Virus record (IMG/VR): IMGVR_UViG_3300003322_000571
Location: 186,001-250,000 of that record
DNA: 64,000 nucleotides
Strand: one strand, 5' to 3'
Under the pieces are notes generated by a model. It was given only the letters and a program-made list of their open reading frames with translations. It was not told where the DNA came from and searched no databases. Shown piece by piece: positions 27,428 to 36,327 of the stretch (positions within the stretch are counted from its first letter, which is position 1; every line of letters begins with the position of its first letter). The position numbers and the translations under genes were made by a program.

Positions 27428-28530
27428 TACTCGTCCCCTTCAGCGGCTTCTGCATCAGCCTTTGCCTTGCGGCGACCTTTGGTTTCAGCCTTTGTCTCTG
27501 TTTCAGTATCGATCTCTACATTCGTATCAAGGAATGCAGCTTGTGCTTCAAGCGCTGCGAGGATTCGTGGAACGTATGGTTCCATATCTTTCTCGTAGAA
27601 CTTCTCGTCCGTACCAGCGAGTTGCAAGTACGATCCGCGTTTCTCAAGGATACCAGCCTTAACAGCGACATCCTTAAGACCAGACGTTGGATCCATGCCG
27701 TCTTCGTATGGCACTTCAATTTCAACCTTCTGGAATGGCTTAGTGAAGCGGGTCTTGTAACCTTCACAAATCATACGAACACCAGCAAAGTCGCCGACCT
27801 TCGCATCCTTTGATTCGTCCTTCAGCTTACGCTTTTGGATCAGGATAATTTGTGAGCAAGCATACTTAACAGCATCAGAAACGATCCACAGGCCTTCACC
27901 GTTCATAACGTCTTGGTTCTTGTACACTTGAGATGTACAAATCATCGCAACGTTCAGGTTCTTAATTGCCTGGACGAATGTACGAAGCATAGCCTTCAAC
28001 TGCTTGTTCTTCTGACCTTGGTCACCCTTCGTGTCACCTTTTGCAAAGTGTTCACGTTCGGTTTCCGTCATCAACATGTCAAGTGAGTCGATCAGGATTA
28101 GAACTTGCTGCGCACCTTCGCCTTCACCTTCTTGCGCTTTGTAGGCTTTCAAGAATGATGAAACGATCTTCGTCACTTGCGGAATTGTTGTAACACCAAC
28201 GTACTTGTAGTTTTCGTTGACATTGACACCAATCTTCGACATGAATTCGTCATCAAGAGCGTTTTCACTGTCAATAACAAGAATGTATGCACCTTCGCGT
28301 TGAGCTGCTGCAACGAGGTTAGCAGAGATGAACGACTTACCTGCTCCTGATGGACCAGCCAAGTCAGTGATACGGCCTTGAGGAATACCTTTCAGAGCAC
28401 TGCCTGAAATGATCTTGTTGAGGACGTAGTTACCGGTAGAATACCAATAACGTGGGGGGAGAGATGACGTACCAATGTCGTCAATCTTTTCGAGGTCCTT
28501 CTCGAAATCTTTCAAAAAGTCAAATGCCAT
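27427..28530 (-). CDS. uvsX: RecA-like recombinase UvsX
   Basis: STGNYVLNKIISG, Walker A GPSGAGKS, IDSENALD, Walker B LILIDSL and KTRFTKPF; start at 28530 after GGAG. Confidence 0.92.
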   Translation of the reverse strand: MAFDFLKDFEKDLEKIDDIGTSSLPPRYWYSTGNYVLNKIISGSALKGIPQGRITDLAGPSGAGKSFISANLVAAAQREGAYILVIDSENALDDEFMSKIGVNVNENYKYVGVTTIPQVTKIVSSFLKAYKAQEGEGEGAQQVLILIDSLDMLMTETEREHFAKGDTKGDQGQKNKQLKAMLRTFVQAIKNLNVAMICTSQVYKNQDVMNGEGLWIVSDAVKYACSQIILIQKRKLKDESKDAKVGDFAGVRMICEGYKTRFTKPFQKVEIEVPYEDGMDPTSGLKDVAVKAGILEKRGSYLQLAGTDEKFYEKDMEPYVPRILAALEAQAAFLDTNVEIDTETETKAETKGRRKAKADAEAAEGDE

Positions 28531-28548
28531 ATGTTTCTCCAATATAGA

Positions 28549-28570
28549 AGGGAGGGACTAGCCCTCCCTT
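28549..28570. terminator. Hairpin between ssb and uvsX
   Basis: AAGGGAGGG-actag-CCCTCCCTT. Confidence 0.55.
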
Positions 28571-28586
28571 TTGTATGCTCGTTGTA

Positions 28587-29522
28587 TTAAGCCTTGTTGC
28601 GACGTGCGCGGATTTGCGCAAGCATGTCGTCAACATCGCTCGCGCCGTCATCGTCACCAGACGATGCAGGTGCTGGAGCTGGCTTCGGGGCCTTCACAGG
28701 CTTAGCCGATTCAACGAATGGAGAATCATCATCGTCTCCGCCCTTCTGCTTCGGTGCAGCCTTAGAAGCTGGCTTAGCAGAGTCATCGGAGTATTCTTCG
28801 CCGTTCAGGTCAGCACTCAACTGAGCGTCAACCTTGTCGAAACCTGGATTCTTCGGCAGAAGAGTCTTCAGTTCGACCATACCAGCTTCGGCAACAGCGA
28901 GTTCATCTTCAGTCAGAGCACGCTGCTTCGACATGAACTTCGTACCAGTCGTGTACGAAGGGTATTGACCTTGGTCAGTACGCTTGATGATGAAGTCGTA
29001 ACCGTCTTCGAAGTCGTAAGGAATGCCTTCCAGCGGATCATCTTCCGAAGCGAACGCTTCCTTGATGATGTTGTAAATCTGGAAGCCCAGAGCGAGGAAA
29101 CGAACCTTACCGGCGTGAGTTTCACCAGTTTCTGGATCAGCTGGCAGCGGATCTTCAACAACCAGAGCTTGCGCCAGGTACTGCTTCTTCCTCCAGTACT
29201 TCTTGCCATTAACTTCGTCCTTGGCCTTGTAGTAGTCTTGAGAAATCTTGCAGACAGGGCAATCTTCACCGTACATGCTCAGGCATGGCACAGTCTTCTT
29301 CTGTCCGTTGATTGTAAGGTTGTGGGAGACTTTTTCAACCATGAATCCACGAGGATTGGATTCATCTGCGTCAGGCAAGAAGCGGATCTTCGCGCTTTGG
29401 CCAGACTTCATGTTCCAGAATGGGTAGTAGTTGTTGACGCGTTGTTCGCCATTACCACCGGAACCTTCCTTGTTAGCAGCAAATTGTGCCTTAAGGGCTG
29501 CGAGTTTGTCTTTGGAGCTCAT
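28587..29522 (-). CDS. Single-stranded DNA-binding protein (T4 gp32-like)
   Basis: IRFLPD, CPVC Zn-binding-like motif, YDFEDGYDFIIK, Y..TKF and an acidic flexible C-terminal tail. Confidence 0.85.
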   Translation of the reverse strand: MSSKDKLAALKAQFAANKEGSGGNGEQRVNNYYPFWNMKSGQSAKIRFLPDADESNPRGFMVEKVSHNLTINGQKKTVPCLSMYGEDCPVCKISQDYYKAKDEVNGKKYWRKKQYLAQALVVEDPLPADPETGETHAGKVRFLALGFQIYNIIKEAFASEDDPLEGIPYDFEDGYDFIIKRTDQGQYPSYTTGTKFMSKQRALTEDELAVAEAGMVELKTLLPKNPGFDKVDAQLSADLNGEEYSDDSAKPASKAAPKQKGGDDDDSPFVESAKPVKAPKPAPAPASSGDDDGASDVDDMLAQIRARRNKA

Positions 29523-29591
29523 GTCTTTTTCCTTCTAATTGTTTTTGTTAAGACTTCTAATTAATGTGAACTGTTTCGATCACATTTGTAG

Positions 29592-29620
29592 ACTATAAAG
29601 TCAGTTCTGATTCAAGTCAA
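29592..29620 (-). promoter_or_regulatory. Sigma70-type early promoter for the ssb-uvsX block
   Basis: Minus strand reads TTGACT-17 bp-TATAGT, about 70 bp upstream of the ssb start; a late ATAAATA also lies at 29686-29692. Confidence 0.7.
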
Positions 29621-29719
29621 GAGGTTGGGACCCTACCCAATTTAGAGCTGCCTCTCAGCTCATTTAGTGTCCTTTTGGACCTAGGTATTTATGCCTAACC
29701 CTCAAAAGGACACCAATTT

Positions 29720-30745
29720 TTACACACCGTAGATGATCAATTCGGCACGTCCGCCTGTACCTGATCGTGTAACAGCGTACCGATCCATCCAAGGTAGATA
29801 AGCCATTGCGTAATATGGTCCTGCAACAGTTGTATCATAAGATGTCCACGTGATACCATCTGTACTTTCATAGAACAGCGTTGACGTTGTATTCAGAGCT
29901 GTCTTGAACTTACCCAGCGTAGGCACCCATGTAACACAATACAACTGTACGGCTGTCGAAGAACTATTTGTCCAGGTAGTACCGTCGGGAGTATATGCGA
30001 TACAAGGTGTGGCAGCGTTGAAGCCAACAGCAACCAAACGGCCTAGTTCAGGACTGTATACGGTATCACGACCTGCGCGCATCGTATTGGTCTGAACAGT
30101 CCAATTGATACCGTCAGGACTTGTTACTGTATGTGTCAACAAGTTGTTTGTGTTGTTCTGACTAATCCAAACAAACTTTGCTAGTTCAGGAACCCAACGC
30201 ATACGGCCTACACCTGTTGTCGAAGGGAACAAGTTAGCTGGTGTTGTTCGTTCTGTCCATGTTACAGCATCGGGACTTGTCAAAAATACAGTTGCCCCAC
30301 CAGACGTCTTAATAGCAGCACAAGCAAACAAACCGAGTGTTGGAGACCAGTCGATTTGATACAGTTTGTACAAAACAACAGGACTTGTTGTCCATGTAAT
30401 CCCGTCAGAGGACTGAATCGTTGCACCCGCTGAGCCTGAATTCCCCGTAACAACGAACTTGTTTAGCGCAGCTGACCAGCAGCCGTCACTTAATGTAACA
30501 GACGTTGGGTTATAAGTGCCCCACGTAGTGAAGTTACGCGTTGAAGCAATGTGCGGTGAGGACGAAGGAGCACCGCGGTTGATCAATACGATACGTTGCA
30601 ACTCTTCTGAGACGACGATTTTACCCCAGCCACCAGCACCGCCAGCACCAGGTGTTGTCGTTACTTCACCACCTGAAGGTGGGAATACAGGAGCCTCGTC
30701 ACCATCACCGGCCGCTTGACGCATCAATTTCCACAATTCTTGCAT
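29720..30745 (-). CDS. Beta-propeller (BNR/Asp-box-like) fibre-associated protein
   Basis: Repeated S.DG.TWT motifs and WSP.LG.F blades. Confidence 0.65.
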   Translation of the reverse strand: MQELWKLMRQAAGDGDEAPVFPPSGGEVTTTPGAGGAGGWGKIVVSEELQRIVLINRGAPSSSPHIASTRNFTTWGTYNPTSVTLSDGCWSAALNKFVVTGNSGSAGATIQSSDGITWTTSPVVLYKLYQIDWSPTLGLFACAAIKTSGGATVFLTSPDAVTWTERTTPANLFPSTTGVGRMRWVPELAKFVWISQNNTNNLLTHTVTSPDGINWTVQTNTMRAGRDTVYSPELGRLVAVGFNAATPCIAYTPDGTTWTNSSSTAVQLYCVTWVPTLGKFKTALNTTSTLFYESTDGITWTSYDTTVAGPYYAMAYLPWMDRYAVTRSGTGGRAELIIYGV

Positions 30746-30748
30746 CGA

Positions 30749-31186
30749 TTACTCCTCAGAAGGAGCCGTAGGCCACTGAATAGTCCAAGGAAAACCTGGC
30801 TGAGATGTAATATCGCGCAACGCTTGACGATATTGACGCCATTCCGCTACTTTTGCTTCCGTGAACAACGCATCAGGCAATTGTGTCCAATCACTAGCTG
30901 ACAAAAGCAAATCACGATCTGCTCGTACTTGATTTGCACGTGCGTCGATACGTGCTTGAACTTCAACTGCAGGAGCAGTAACTACCTTCCATTGCTGAAC
31001 CCCGTTAGACGGCGGAGCTTCTTTTACGTCTTGATTCCATTCAACTTGCGGTTGTGTACGTGAAACGTAACCTTTGAAAGGACCAATCTCAGCCGTTGCT
31101 TCTGGAATCGAAACATTGGGAATTGCACGACGAACTTGATACAATGTAATGCCAAATTCACCTGTTTGTGTATTTTCGTAGAACAT
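30749..31186 (-). CDS. Tail fibre assembly chaperone-like protein
   Basis: C-terminal RADRDLLLSASDWTQLPDA...W.QYRQALRDIT.QPGFP..I.WP.AP. Confidence 0.8.
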   Translation of the reverse strand: MFYENTQTGEFGITLYQVRRAIPNVSIPEATAEIGPFKGYVSRTQPQVEWNQDVKEAPPSNGVQQWKVVTAPAVEVQARIDARANQVRADRDLLLSASDWTQLPDALFTEAKVAEWRQYRQALRDITSQPGFPWTIQWPTAPSEE

Positions 31187-31264
31187 AATGTTTTCCTCAA
31201 GAACCAGTATTTACTCAGGGTGTATTGGAACGATTGGCCATGACCCGATCGTAAAACAATATGG

Positions 31265-31690
31265 TTAATCCTTTGGCGGTGGAGGAAATACTGTGTCTGA
31301 AGTGATGAACAATTCACGCAACTTGTTGCGATAATCCGCCCACAATTTACGTTGCTCAACGCTGAGAGGGCTATCAGGAAGTTGAGTCCAAAGTGTATCA
31401 CGAAGAATGCCTTCGCGCTCCAACTTCTTCATCATAACACGAGACTTGTGATATTCGTTAATCTCTTGAGGAGACAAATTAATCACTTCCCATTGCTGCT
31501 TCCCGTCCTTAGGAGGAAGTTCACGGAATCGCTGATATACTGTAACAGCTGGTGGAGGGACCAGCTCGTAGCGTTCAAATACACCAGCTACTGGAATGTC
31601 AGTAGGGACGGAAACGTTTGGCATGCACTGACGTACATGATGAATCGACAGTCCATACTGACCAGTACTTTTGTTGATGTATAGGTACAT
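31265..31690 (-). CDS. Tail fibre assembly chaperone-like protein (paralog)
   Basis: EREGILRDTLWTQLPDSPL...WADYRNKLREL; N-terminus also similar to 30749-31186. Confidence 0.75.
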   Translation of the reverse strand: MYLYINKSTGQYGLSIHHVRQCMPNVSVPTDIPVAGVFERYELVPPPAVTVYQRFRELPPKDGKQQWEVINLSPQEINEYHKSRVMMKKLEREGILRDTLWTQLPDSPLSVEQRKLWADYRNKLRELFITSDTVFPPPPKD

Positions 31691-31692
31691 GA

Positions 31693-33216
31693 TTACGATG
31701 AGTAGTTAATCAATGCAGCGCCACGCCAAGACGTACCACCATTATCCGTTTCAAACAACAGAAGGTCGTAACCACTTGCTGTAAGTGTCGGAGCTGTACC
31801 ACCCGGCCAAACCACACTAGCTGGCCATGTTTGAAGACCCGTGCCACCGTTTTGTAGACGGAGAACCATGATATAAGCACGGTTATTCGGCGGTGGGTTC
31901 GTAAACGTCCACGTCAAAGCACCAGATGCTGTCTTACGGAAATAGTTGCTTGCTGAGCAGTCAATTGCAGATGCCGCCACATCAACAACGTTGCTTGTGT
32001 AACGACCAGAGGTGTTTACAGAGGCGAGTGTTGACGTCGTTGAAACCGCCAAGTTAGGCACCGACAATGTCGAAGCGTTATATGTGAAGTTTGCATCACC
32101 AGTGAATACACCACCGACGTTATACTGTACTTGTGTAGAAGATCCACCTGGTGAAGACGTAACTGGTTGCCACGAAGCAGTTGTACCATCAGTTGACAAA
32201 TAACGACCGTTGTTACCCGACTGTGAAGGCAATGCAGCTGCAATCAACCCAGCAGTCGTATTAGCACCTGTACCGCCGTTTGCCACTGCCAAAACACCGC
32301 TCATCGTCATTGTACCTGACGAAGTGATAGGACCGCCTGTAAATGCCAAGCCAGTTGAACCACCTGATACGTTGACAGACGATACGCCACCTGTAGGAGC
32401 AGCCCACGAAGCAGTAGTACCATTCGTTGTCAGTACGAAGCCAGTTTGACCCGTTTGAACAGGTAGCAATGCTGTCAAAGCAGCTGCAGCTGATGTAGCG
32501 CCCGTACCGCCATTAGAAACACCAAGCGTACCACCGAGAGTCAATGTTCCCGACGTCAAGATAGGTGAACCACTGAACGTCAATCCCGTCGTGCCACCAG
32601 AAGCAGCTACGGACGTAACGCCGCCACCTGCAGCTGCCTGCCATGTTGCGTTTGTACCGTTAGACGTTAGTACGTAACCAGCGTTGCCAGTTTGTGACGG
32701 AAGGAGAGCTGTCAATGCTGCTGCTTGTGTTGTTGCACCTGTACCACCTGCTGCAATACCGAGAACACCACCAAGCGTGATTGTACCAGAACCTGTAATT
32801 GGACCACCTGACGTTGTCAATCCCGTCGAACCACCAGAAACGGCAACAGAAGTCACACCCGTTACAGGAGTTGACCATGTTGCAGTTGTTCCGTTCGAAG
32901 TCAATACTTGACCAACAGAACCAGAAGGAAGAGCGGTGAAACCACCAGCACCGTTACTTGATTGCAAACGGCCAGCAGGACCAGAACTAGCAACAGTTGT
33001 CGAAATAATGTTGCTCGGATCGATCGCAATACCAGCACCTGCAGTGTACGTTGGACCGCCTACATCAACGACAGAGATTGAGTTACCGTCATTCTTCTTT
33101 GTGTAAATCTTACCAGAGTACACGTTAATAGCGATTTCACCGAAGTCCAAGTCACTAACTGTAGGAACTTGGTTCGGAACGCTACTACGCTTGAATTTGA
33201 TCGTTGTATTTGCCAT
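31693..33216 (-). CDS. Gly/Thr-rich fibre protein with three ~78-aa repeats
   Basis: N-terminal IKFKRS...GEIAIN domain; repeat GVTSV..SGG.TGL..SG.PI..SGT.TL.G.L....GGTGA...LP.Q.G..G.VL..NGT.A.W. Confidence 0.75.
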   Translation of the reverse strand: MANTTIKFKRSSVPNQVPTVSDLDFGEIAINVYSGKIYTKKNDGNSISVVDVGGPTYTAGAGIAIDPSNIISTTVASSGPAGRLQSSNGAGGFTALPSGSVGQVLTSNGTTATWSTPVTGVTSVAVSGGSTGLTTSGGPITGSGTITLGGVLGIAAGGTGATTQAAALTALLPSQTGNAGYVLTSNGTNATWQAAAGGGVTSVAASGGTTGLTFSGSPILTSGTLTLGGTLGVSNGGTGATSAAAALTALLPVQTGQTGFVLTTNGTTASWAAPTGGVSSVNVSGGSTGLAFTGGPITSSGTMTMSGVLAVANGGTGANTTAGLIAAALPSQSGNNGRYLSTDGTTASWQPVTSSPGGSSTQVQYNVGGVFTGDANFTYNASTLSVPNLAVSTTSTLASVNTSGRYTSNVVDVAASAIDCSASNYFRKTASGALTWTFTNPPPNNRAYIMVLRLQNGGTGLQTWPASVVWPGGTAPTLTASGYDLLLFETDNGGTSWRGAALINYSS

Positions 33217-33245
33217 TGTCGTATGGAATAATCCACCTTATGTAA

Positions 33246-33267
33246 GAGGAGGGGGCGAACCCTCCTC
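33246..33267. terminator. Hairpin
   Basis: GAGGAGGG-ggcgaa-CCCTCCTC in the intergenic gap. Confidence 0.5.
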
Positions 33268-33275
33268 AATCCAAT

Positions 33276-34418
33276 TTAGAACGTGCCGCAGTCAATCTCG
33301 CCGAACGAGAGGTTAACTTGGTTAGCTGTGTTCGTTACAACGATCTGATTAGCTGTGCCTGTGATTGACTTGTATTCCAATCCTGCACCGTCACCAGAAA
33401 CACCGAGGACCTGGTTAGGGCTACCAATTGGAGGCAACCCACCGCCACCGCCTCCACCACCATTGATGATCGTCGTTGAAGACTTGATCAAGATCGTGTC
33501 AGACGTCAAAACGTGAGCGATGATGATTGGTGTCACAGGAGGTGTTGCTGTCAATCCACCTGTCGTTGTCAAGTACAACGGAGCATTAACACCAGCAGCT
33601 GTCCAGTCCCATGCAGGATTGGAAACTACACCTTCCATCATGACCGATACGATGTCGCCAGTAGCAGCATCTTGGTCCGTCAAACCATAAGGAGCTTCCG
33701 AAGCTACACTGCTGTTGCCAAGGATAATCTTGTTGAAGTCGCTGAATTGAACGACGGAAAACGCTGGGATGTTTGTTTGCGCTGCAGCTTCGAGAACAAG
33801 ACCGCCAAGCTTAACTTGTGAGCTAGAAGCAACACCTGTTACTGCAACATCTTCAGTCGTGAAGAACGTACCATTGTTACGCTTGAGGACTTTACCGTCA
33901 GCATCATACACCAAGGCTCCCGCCAGGATTTGTGTAGGCGTAGAGATGCCTGTTTGCGTTCCAGTGAAGGCTGGAGAGTTAATTGACATACTCGTGAAAG
34001 TATTGCCACCAAGCAACTGTGCTGCAAACACACGGATTTTTTGCTGCCAACGGTTAGCGGTAGTGTTCCACACAAACATTTTGTTGCTTGTTGTGTCATA
34101 CCAGTGTTGGTCATTCTGTGGGAATGAAGGGGCAACTGCACCTTCGACAGGTTCATACAACGTGTGACCGTACGTCTTTGTACCTGTCAAACGGTCAATG
34201 TCCCAGTACAACCAGTACGATTGTGAACCAGTTGCAAATGGTCCTGGCCATGCATCGTTGACATCAAGACGTTCTGTCAACAGGTAGTTCGACGCGCCGT
34301 CTGCAAACGTAACAATAACGCTTTCAGCTGACGGAACAACAATACTAACTGAACCACCCGACAGTTCGAGAAAATTTGGCGGGCAACGAACGATACCCTG
34401 ACGGAATGTAATACGCAT
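33276..34418 (-). CDS. Virion decoration/fibre-attachment protein (capsid cement-like domain)
   Basis: AAAQTNIPAFSVV...GLT..DAATGD.VSV.MEGVV...LYL...G.LT..PP resembles cement/decoration domains; C-terminus IDCGTF. Confidence 0.5.
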   Translation of the reverse strand: MRITFRQGIVRCPPNFLELSGGSVSIVVPSAESVIVTFADGASNYLLTERLDVNDAWPGPFATGSQSYWLYWDIDRLTGTKTYGHTLYEPVEGAVAPSFPQNDQHWYDTTSNKMFVWNTTANRWQQKIRVFAAQLLGGNTFTSMSINSPAFTGTQTGISTPTQILAGALVYDADGKVLKRNNGTFFTTEDVAVTGVASSSQVKLGGLVLEAAAQTNIPAFSVVQFSDFNKIILGNSSVASEAPYGLTDQDAATGDIVSVMMEGVVSNPAWDWTAAGVNAPLYLTTTGGLTATPPVTPIIIAHVLTSDTILIKSSTTIINGGGGGGGGLPPIGSPNQVLGVSGDGAGLEYKSITGTANQIVVTNTANQVNLSFGEIDCGTF

Positions 34419-34508
34419 TTCGGCTTCTCCTTGGAGCTTTTGCTTGCCCGATATTTATCAGGCAGACACAAAAGTACCTTAAATCAGCCAGGGTTAGTCG
34501 CCGCAGAA

Positions 34509-35084
34509 TTACGCTACCAAACCTTGTTGACGTAGTGTTTGGACGAGTTTCAACAGATGCTTGCACATACCTGGGACTTGCATCGGGTTGACAGGAGGAC
34601 GCGTCGTAGTCTTACGACGGTATAGCGGAGGGGGGCGACCTACAAGTGACTTGTCGCCACTGTTATAGTTCGCAAAACGGAAACGGAAGTCAAGACATCC
34701 GCAACGGACTTTACAATTATGCCCCGACAATTGGATCGGCTTAGCGTGAGCATCGCGACCATCTACTGCTTGGAACGTTACGACTTCAGGGCTGTCCTGC
34801 GAAGCAAATTGAACTCCATTGAATTGAATTGCCTGCTGGTATTGATTGCCATTGCTATTTGAAATCGACCTAACGTGCAGCATTTTAGTGCCAAGATACG
34901 GGATCATTTCCACCCCAGAAATGCGTACTTCACCAGTAGCATTTTGACGCTTTCGAGTATCAGGCCATGCAGCTCGAATGTTTTGGTCAAGTTGAGGAAC
35001 GGTCGACACCTCAGCCAACACTTGTTCGTGTAGCTGCGCAAGGATGCGGTCACCGCGAATGATCATGCAATCTTTAGAGTCCAT
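34509..35084 (-). CDS. Hypothetical late protein with SWIM-like zinc finger
   Basis: VRCGCLDF...GMCKHL (CxC...CxH); ATAAATA at 35091-35097. Confidence 0.7.
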   Translation of the reverse strand: MDSKDCMIIRGDRILAQLHEQVLAEVSTVPQLDQNIRAAWPDTRKRQNATGEVRISGVEMIPYLGTKMLHVRSISNSNGNQYQQAIQFNGVQFASQDSPEVVTFQAVDGRDAHAKPIQLSGHNCKVRCGCLDFRFRFANYNSGDKSLVGRPPPLYRRKTTTRPPVNPMQVPGMCKHLLKLVQTLRQQGLVA

Positions 35085-35104
35085 GGACTCTATTTATGCA
35101 AAAC

Positions 35105-35128
35105 GAAGAGCCCCTCGCGGGGCTCTTC
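35105..35128. terminator. Intrinsic terminator hairpin
   Basis: GAAGAGCCCC-tcgc-GGGGCTCTTC just downstream of the HD-kinase gene. Confidence 0.7.
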
Positions 35129-35143
35129 TACATGGTGTAATTA

Positions 35144-36268
35144 TTACACCATGTTGTGGTTCGACGTCGTGATCTTGTCGAATTCACCGATCAGAGGCAT
35201 TTGAAGCGACTTATACTGCTGACGAACAGCCGCTTCCGGAACAACTTTATCACCACGCGTCTTCTGACGGTCGATCAGCGTTTGCAGCTTGATCGGCATC
35301 AGCACAGCTTCCGTGAAGAAACCATGCTTCTTCAGCACACGAAGATACCAGCCACGACGCTTCGCACTGAGGTTCGTGTTGTCGACGTACAGGATTGCGT
35401 TGTCTTCAGCCGCTTGCTTTGCCATAGCATGGAATCGAGCGTTAGCACGCGATTCAAACGACTTGTCTTCCACAGACCCTTGGAAAGCCTTGTTGTAATC
35501 AGTCGGATGGTAGAACTCGTGACGAAGCAGATCGAGCGAAAACACGACCACTTCAACACCAGCTTCCTTTGCCTTGTCACGCAGCTGCTTCAGGTACGTC
35601 GACTTACCAGCACCAGAGGGAGCGATCGGGAAGACCGCATGAGGCGCTTGAAGGTTAACGCTGCGAGGCGACAGATTTTCAACGATCACGTTAAAGTCCT
35701 CAACCCACTTGTCAGAGCGGGCAGTGTTAATATCCCAGTCATCAGACGTACGTCCGTACTGGTCGGCGAGCAGCGAACGGGTGTACACATCGTGACCATA
35801 CAGTTTCGAAGTGTAACCAATCGATTCAAGCTTTTCTTTGTCTTCAATCTTCCACGGCATGTGGTACTCGATCATCCAACTGATCCGCGAGATTTCTTCT
35901 GCAGTGAATCCGCTGTACTTATTCGCAGCGTAATCTTCAAACAGACGAGCAGACAGCAGTTCGTGACCGTGATACGCACGGTACTTGCCACGCGTTTCGC
36001 TGTACTTTTCGATCTCAGCAGGCGGCTTACCGATGTCATGGAAGATGCACTCAACCGCGCCAAGATAGTCGTCGCGAGTCCATTCATCATCAGCCTTGAT
36101 CAGACCAACACGGCGACAGTAATCGTTCAGCACCATTTCGGTGTGAACGAGCACGTTTGCTTCCCGGTGCCACGGAGAACCTTCGACAGTGCGTGCCATC
36201 TTCTGGAACGCAGGAGTGTCCTTCATTGCGTCAAACAGGAGGTGAGCTTTCGCTTTGTAGTTGGTCAT
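35144..36268 (-). CDS. HD-domain phosphohydrolase fused to a polynucleotide-kinase-like P-loop domain
   Basis: SPWHREANVLVHT...IFHDIGKP...YHGHE (HD domain of CCA-enzyme type); APSGAGKST, VDNTNL..KRR and R..TRGDKVVPE..V..QY (PNK/AAA_33). Confidence 0.8.
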   Translation of the reverse strand: MTNYKAKAHLLFDAMKDTPAFQKMARTVEGSPWHREANVLVHTEMVLNDYCRRVGLIKADDEWTRDDYLGAVECIFHDIGKPPAEIEKYSETRGKYRAYHGHELLSARLFEDYAANKYSGFTAEEISRISWMIEYHMPWKIEDKEKLESIGYTSKLYGHDVYTRSLLADQYGRTSDDWDINTARSDKWVEDFNVIVENLSPRSVNLQAPHAVFPIAPSGAGKSTYLKQLRDKAKEAGVEVVVFSLDLLRHEFYHPTDYNKAFQGSVEDKSFESRANARFHAMAKQAAEDNAILYVDNTNLSAKRRGWYLRVLKKHGFFTEAVLMPIKLQTLIDRQKTRGDKVVPEAAVRQQYKSLQMPLIGEFDKITTSNHNMV

Positions 36269-36270
36269 TT

Positions 36271-36327
36271 GGGTTACCTAGTTATGAATTGACACGCACT
36301 ATAACTAGGTAACCCTAAAAATGTCAA
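36271..36327 (-). promoter_or_regulatory. Sigma70-like promoter overlapped by a 15-bp perfect inverted repeat
   Basis: Minus strand TTGACA (36322-36327), 18 bp, TATAGT (36298-36303); GGGTTACCTAGTTAT (36271-36285) pairs with ATAACTAGGTAACCC (36301-36315). Confidence 0.7.

Noticed and set aside
28575-29564. Long plus-strand ORFs antisense to conserved genes (also 35156-36292, 41132-41809, 42445-43524, 7195-7857, 2125-2769)
   Set aside because: They are shadows of codon bias in strongly supported opposite-strand genes, with no RBS or recognisable motifs.
29565-29584. TGTGA...TCACA palindrome upstream of ssb resembling a CRP site
   Set aside because: The half-sites are separated by 10 bp rather than the 6 bp CRP requires. 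It might be another operator, but that cannot be supported from sequence.
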